Of a stretch of 64,000 nt of DNA, positions 58,101-64,000 are shown in pieces. The DNA comes from Yuukianura sp. NJ FZ-2021 (lineage: Eukaryota). The position numbers and the translations under genes were made by a program. Location: the NCBI GenBank assembly GCA_046563655.1, contig JAJCTO010000010.1:62001-126000 (forward strand), in the 5' to 3' direction. Position 1 is the stretch's first letter, and every line of letters begins with the position of its first letter. Below the pieces are notes generated by a model. The model saw nothing but the letters and a program-made list of their open reading frames with translations. It had not been told where the DNA came from and searched no databases.

Positions 58101-59309
58101 CTTACATAAGACTGTAACTGCCGGAAAATCGACGCATTGATTCGCTTTCGAAGTACCACAAATGCTTTTAAAGACCTGTCAAACACACAACACAAAACGG
58201 TGTCAGGGATAACGTTTTGAATGCTGCAATGTGGCACTTACAATATATCGCAATTCAGGCAGGCGAGAGCCCATGATACATAAGTTTTTGGGTTCACAAC
58301 TGCGATTAAAAAAACACGAGTTCTAGTTTGTGTTGGAAATTTGCCATATTTCACTGATTACATAGCATGGCATTGCTTCTTACATAAGACTGTAACTGCC
58401 GGAAAATCGACGCATTGATTCGCTTTCGAAGTACCACAAATGCTTTTAAAGACCTGTCAAACACACAACACAAAACGGTGTCAGGGATAACGTTTTGAAT
58501 GCTGCAATGTGGCACTTACAATATATCGCAATTCAGGCAGGCGAGAGCCCCATGATACATAAGTTTTTGGGCTCACAACTGCGATTAAAAAACACGAGTT
58601 CTAGTTTGTATTGGAAATTTGCCATATTTCACTGATTACATAGCATGACGTTGCTTCTTACATAAGACTGTAACTGCCGGAAAATCGACGCATTGATTCG
58701 CTTTCGAAGTACCACAAATGCTTTTAAAGACCTGTCAAACACACAACACAAAACAGTGTCAGGGATAACGTTTTGAATGCTGCAATGTGGCACTTACAAT
58801 ATATCGCAATTCAGGCAGGCGAGAGCCCATGATACATAAGTTTTTGGGTTCACAACTGCGATTAAAAAACACAAGTTCTAGTTTGTGTTGGAAATTTGCC
58901 ATATTTCACTGATTACATAGCATGGCGTTGCTTCTTACATAAGACTGTAACTGCCGGAAAATCGACGCATTGATTCGCTTTCGAAGTACCACAAATGCTT
59001 TTAAAGACCTGTCAAACACACAACACAAAACGGTGTCAGGGATAACGTTTTGAATGCTGCAATGTGGCACTTACAATATATCGCAATTCAGGCAGGCGAG
59101 AGCCCATGATACATAAGTTTTTGGGTTCACAACTGCGATTAAAAAAACACAAGTTCTAGTTTGTGTTGGAAATTTGCAATATTTCACGGATTGCATGACA
59201 TGACGTTGCTTCTTACATAAGACTGAAACAGCACGAGAATCGACGCATTGATTCACTTTGAAGTACCACAAATGTGTTTAAAGACCTGCCAAATACACAA
59301 CACCAAACG
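37071..59309. repeat. 279-bp tandem satellite array, right block (about 80 monomers)
   Basis: Same monomer and orientation as the left block. It resumes at CAATATATCG (37071) and ends abruptly at ...CACCAAACG (59309). Confidence 0.99.
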
Positions 59310-59688
59310 AATATCGGTTGTTGAAATCGAAATTATAAAAATTTCTAGTAAATGCAAATTTGACCCCTGTTATGCACTATTCACATATGACACATTTAAG
59401 CCGGATTTTCTACCCTCTAATCAGTCTTAAGTTAAGAACGTAATTAAACATACTGCCAGAAAATGACCAGATCAAAACTTCGTTGTTTATAAATATTTTG
59501 AGTGCAATCGAAACCAAAACAGTTTTGCGGAGCCACGATACTGCGGGTACGTAAAGTAGCCGCCAACTTTTACGTTGTTAATTTAACACTTTGAGTGCAA
59601 TGTAGAGCTACTGAAAACTCTTGAGCCATACATAACCCCCCGACTGCGATGGGGCTAATGTTTCAGTGCAATGAGTCCTAAAAAACGT

Positions 59689-59720
59689 GACAGACAGACA
59701 GACAGACGGACAGACAGACA
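59689..59720 (-). repeat. (GACA/GACG)8 tetranucleotide microsatellite, (GTCY)n on the minus strand
   Basis: GACA x4, GACG, GACA x3, read directly. Confidence 0.97.
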
Positions 59721-59734
59721 AAGTCGTATCAATA

Positions 59735-59774
59735 GTCTTCTTCAGCACGTCGTAGACGTGCGTCTCCAGAAGAC
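59735..59774. other. Nested inverted repeat / stem-loop at the element terminus
   Basis: Outer arms GTCTTCT (59735-59741) and AGAAGAC (59768-59774). Inner perfect hairpin GCACGTC-GTA-GACGTGC (59745-59761). Confidence 0.93.
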
Positions 59775-59775
59775 C

Positions 59776-62700
59776 AAAATGGCTGTATCTCAAGAAATAT
59801 TGATTTCCGGTGAAATCTAATTTCGAATTCGGATTCACCGACTTGAAATTGATGTGAGTGCACTTTCAAAGGTGGACATTTAGAAAGGCAGTTTTTCTAA
59901 ATTTTTAGGGGGTAAAATTGCTCGGCACATTCACAAAAATGGCTGTATCTCGAGAAGTGTGGTTTTCCGGTGAAATCTAATTTCGAATTCGGATTCACCG
60001 ACTTGAAATTGATGTGAGTAGACTTTCAAAGGTGGACATTTAGAAAGGTAGTTTTTCTAAATTTTTAGGGGGTAAAATTGCTCGGCACATTCACAAAAAT
60101 GGCTGTATCTCGAGAAGTATGGATTTCCGGTGAAATCTAATTTCGAATTCGGACTCACCGACTTGAAATTGATGTGAGTGCACTTTCAAAGGTGAACATT
60201 TAGAAAGGCAGTTTTTCTAAATTTTTAAGGGGTAAAATTGCTCGGCAAATTCACAAAAACGGCTGTATCTCGAGAAGTGTGGTTTTCCGGTGAAATCTAA
60301 TTTCGAATTCGGATTCACCGACTTGAAATTGATGTGAGTAGACTTTCAAAGGTGGACATTTAGAAAGGTAGTTTTTCTAAATTTTTAGGGGTTAAAATTG
60401 CTCGGTAAATTCACAAAAATGGCTGTATCTCAAGAAATATTGATTTCCGGTGAAATCTAATTTCGAATTCGGATTCACCGACTTGAAATTGATGTGAGTG
60501 CACTTTCAAAGGTGGACATTTAGAAAGGCAGTTTTTCTAAATTTTTAGGGGGTAAAATTGCTCGGCAAATTCACAAAAACGGCTGTATCTCGAGAAGTGT
60601 GGTTTTCCGGTGAAATCTAATTTCGAATTCGGATTCACCGACTTGAAATTGATGTGAGTAGACTTTCAAAGGTGGACATTTAGAAAGGTAGTTTTTCTAA
60701 ATTTTTAGGGGGTAAAATTGCTCGGTAAATTCACAAAAATGGCTGTATCTCAAGAAATATTGATTTCCGGTGAAATCTAATTTCGAATTCGGATTCACCG
60801 ACTTGAAATTGATGTGAGTGCACTTTCAAAGGTGGACATTTAGAAAGGCAGTTTTTCTAAATTTTTAGGGGGTAAAATTGCTCGGCAAATTCACAAAAAC
60901 GGCTGTATCTCGAGAAGTGTGGTTTTCCGGTGAAATCTAATTTCGAATTCGGATTCACCGACTTGAAATTGATGTGAGTAGACTTTCAAAGGTGGACATT
61001 TAGAAAGGCAGTTTTTCTAAATTTTTAGGGGTTAAAATTGCTCGGCAAATTCACAAAAACGGCTGTATCTCGAGAAGTGTGGTTTTCCGGTGAAATCTAA
61101 TTTCGAATTCGGATTCACCGACTTGAAATTGATGTGAGTAGACTTTCAAAGGTGGACATTTAGAAAGGTAGTTTTTCTAAATTTTTAGGGGTTAAAATTG
61201 CTCGGCAAATTCACAAAAACGGCTGTATCTCGAGAAGTGTGGTTTTCCGGTGAAATCTAATTTCGAATTCGGATTCACCGAATTGAAATTGATGTGAGTA
61301 GACTTTCAAAGGTGGACATTTAGAAAGGTAGTTTTTCTAAATTTTTAGTGGGTAAAATTGCTCGGCACATTCACAAAAATGGCTGTATCTTGAGAAGTAT
61401 GAATTTCCGGTGAAATCTAATTTCGAATTCGGATTCACCGACTTGAAATTGATGTGAGTAGACTTTCAAAGGTGGACATTTAGAAAGGTAGTTTTTCTAA
61501 ATTTTTAGCGGGTAAAATTGCTCGGTAAATTCACAAAAATGGCTGTATCTCAAGAAATATTGATTTCCGGTGAAATCTAATTTCGAATTCGGATTCACCG
61601 ACTTGAAATTGATGTGAGTGCACTTTCAAAGGTGGACATTTAGAAAGGCAGTTTTTCTAAATTTTTAGGGGTAAAATTGCTCGGTAAATTCACAAAAATG
61701 GCTGTATCTCAAGAAATATTGATTTCCGGTGAAATCTAATTTCGAATTCGGATTCACCGACTTGAAATTGATGTGAGTGCACTTTCAAAGGTGGACATTT
61801 AGAAAGGCAGTTTTTCTAAATTTTTAGGGGTTAAAATTGCTCGGCAAATTCACAAAAACGGCTGTATCTCGAGAAGTGTGGTTTTCCGGTGAAATCTAAT
61901 TTCGAATTCGGATTCACCGACTTGAAATTGATGTGAGTAGACTTTCAAAGGTGGACATTTAGAAAGGCAGTTTTTCTAAATTTTTAGGGGTAAAATTGCT
62001 CGGCAAATTCACAAAAACGGCTGTATCTCGAGAAGTGTGGTTTTCCGGTGAAATCTAATTTCGAATTCGGATTCACCGACTTGAAATTGATGTGAGTAGA
62101 CTTTCAAAGGTGGACATTTAGAAAGGTAGTTTTTCTAAATTTTTAGGGGTTAAAATTGCTCGGCAAATTCACAAAAACGGCTGTATCTCGAGAAGTGTGG
62201 TTTTCCGGTGAAATCTAATTTCGAATTCGGATTCACCGACTTGAAATTGATGTGAGTAGACTTTCAAAGGTGGACATTTAGAAAGGCAGTTTTTCTAAAT
62301 TTTTAGGGGTTAAAATTGCTCGGCACATTCACAAAAATGGCTGTATCTCGAGAAGTATTGATTTCCGGTGAAATCTAATTTCGAATTCGGATTCACCGAC
62401 TTGAAATTGATGTGAGTAGACTTTCAAAGGTGGACATTTAGAAAGGCAGTTTTTCTAAATTTTTAGGGGTTAAAATTGCTCGGTAAATTCACAAAAATGG
62501 CTGTATCTCAAGAAATATTGATTTCCGGTGAAATCTAATTTCGAATTCGGATTCACCGACTTGAAATTGATGTGAGTAGACTTTCAAAGGTGGACATTTA
62601 GAAAGGCAGTTTTTCTAAATTTTTAGGGGGTAAAATTGCTCGGCAAATTCACAAAAATGGCTGTATCTCAAGAAATATTGATTTCCGGTGAAATCTAATT

Positions 62701-64000
62701 TCGAATTCGGATTCACCGACTTGAAATTGATGTGAGTAGACTTTCAAAGGTGGACATTTAGAAAGGCAGTTTTTCTAAATTTTTAGGGGTTAAAATTGCT
62801 CGGCACATTCACAAAAATGGCTGTATCTCGAGAAATATGGGTTTCCGGTGAAATCTAATTTCGAATTCGGATTCACCGACTTGAAATTGATGTGAGTAGA
62901 CTTTCAAAGGTGGACATTTAGAAAGGCAGTTTTTCTAAATTTTTAGGGGTAAAATTGCTCGGCAAATTCACAAAAACGGCTGTATCTCGAGAAGTGTGGT
63001 TTTCCGGTGAAATCTAATTTCGAATTCGGATTCACCGACTTGAAATTGATGTGAGTAGACTTTCAAAGGTGGACATTTAGAAAGGCAGTTTTTCTAAATT
63101 TTTAGGGGTAAAATTGCTCGGCAAATTCACAAAAACGGCTGTATCTCGAGAAGTGTGGTTTTCCGGTGAAATCTAATTTCGAATTCGGATTCACCGACTT
63201 GAAATTGATGTGAGTAGACTTTCAAAGGTGGACATTTAGAAAGGCAGTTTTTCTAAATTTTTAGGGGTAAAATTGCTCGGCAAATTCACAAAAACGGCTG
63301 TATCTCGAGAAGTGTGGTTTTCCGGTGAAATCTAATTTCGAATTCGGATTCACCGACTTGAAATTGATGTGAGTAGACTTTCAAAGGTGGACATTTAGAA
63401 AGGCAGTTTTTCTAAATTTTTAGGGGTAAAATTGCTCGGTAAATTCACAAAAATGGCTGTATCTCAAGAAATATTGATTTCCGGTGAAATCTAATTTCGA
63501 ATTCGGATTCACCGACTTGAAATTGATGTGAGTGCACTTTCAAAGGTGGACATTTAGAAAGGCAGTTTTTCTAAATTTTTAGGGGTTAAAATTGCTCGGC
63601 AAATTCACAAAAACGGCTGTATCTCGAGAAGTGTGGTTTTCCGGTGAAATCTAATTTCGAATTCGGATTCACCGACTTGAAATTGATGTGAGTAGACTTT
63701 CAAAGGTGGACATTTAGAAAGGCAGTTTTTCTAAATTTTTAGGGGTAAAATTGCTCGGCAAATTCACAAAAACGGCTGTATCTCGAGAAGTGTGGTTTTC
63801 CGGTGAAATCTAATTTCGAATTCGGATTCACCGACTTGAAATTGATGTGAGTAGACTTTCAAAGGTGGACATTTAGAAAGGTAGTTTTTCTAAATTTTTA
63901 GGGGTTAAAATTGCTCGGCAAATTCACAAAAACGGCTGTATCTCGAGAAGTGTGGTTTTCCGGTGAAATCTAATTTCGAATTCGGATTCACCGACTTGAA
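59776..64000. repeat. 160-bp (159-160) tandem satellite, about 26 monomers, continues beyond window end
   Basis: GGCTGTATCT recurs at 59781, 59941, 60101, 60261, 60421 and onward. One EcoRI site (GAATTC) per monomer. No obvious similarity to the 279-bp monomer. Confidence 0.99.

Larger units (their letters stand above)
59310..59775 (-). mobile_element. Terminal segment of a DINE-1/HINE-like non-autonomous Helentron (5' end at about 59775 on the minus strand)
   Basis: The minus strand reads TTTT-GGTCTTCT...hairpin...AGAAGAC-TATTG...(GTCY)8. That is a T-rich target, a subterminal IR with its nearby partner, then a GTCY microsatellite, which is the order known for DINE-1/HINE 5' ends. The other end is not in the window. 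Confidence 0.7.

Noticed and set aside
1..59309. CRISPR-like or tandem RNA-gene (5S/tRNA/snRNA) array
   Set aside because: There are no unique spacers, and I recognised no 5S, tRNA cloverleaf or snRNA sequence. An Rfam/Infernal scan would be the formal test.
3560..59430. Recurrent 60-83 aa ORFs (MIRFRSTT..., MKYGKFP...) in the 279-bp array
   Set aside because: They are translations of the satellite monomer. They appear only where homopolymer indels open a frame, mostly use non-ATG starts, and contain no recognisable domain.
59608..59838. 76-aa minus-strand ORF
   Set aside because: It spans the satellite/element junction and the microsatellite (LSVCPSVCLSV) and is not a credible gene.
59904..59913. 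TTAGGGG telomere-like motif in the 160-bp monomer
   Set aside because: There is a single unit per monomer, not a tandem telomeric tract.

Overview
Eukaryotic (probably invertebrate; inference) heterochromatin-like window made almost entirely of repeats. A highly homogeneous 279-bp tandem satellite (about 196 monomers) fills 1-32447 and 37071-59309. It is interrupted by a 3'-truncated BEL/Pao LTR retrotransposon (32448-37070), which keeps its 5' LTR, PBS and gag-PR-RT-RNaseH with one nonsense codon, but has no integrase or 3' LTR. At its right edge the array passes through about 470 bp of unique sequence ending in a (GACA/GACG)8 microsatellite and a nested inverted repeat. This is the architecture of the 5' end of a DINE-1/HINE-type non-autonomous Helentron on the minus strand. 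That end abuts an A-tract inside a monomer of a second, dyad-rich 160-bp satellite (59776-64000). My main hypothesis is that the whole 279-bp array is the hugely expanded internal tandem repeat of a rolling-circle transposon inserted into the 160-bp satellite. I found no host genes; the short ORFs in the satellite are artefacts.
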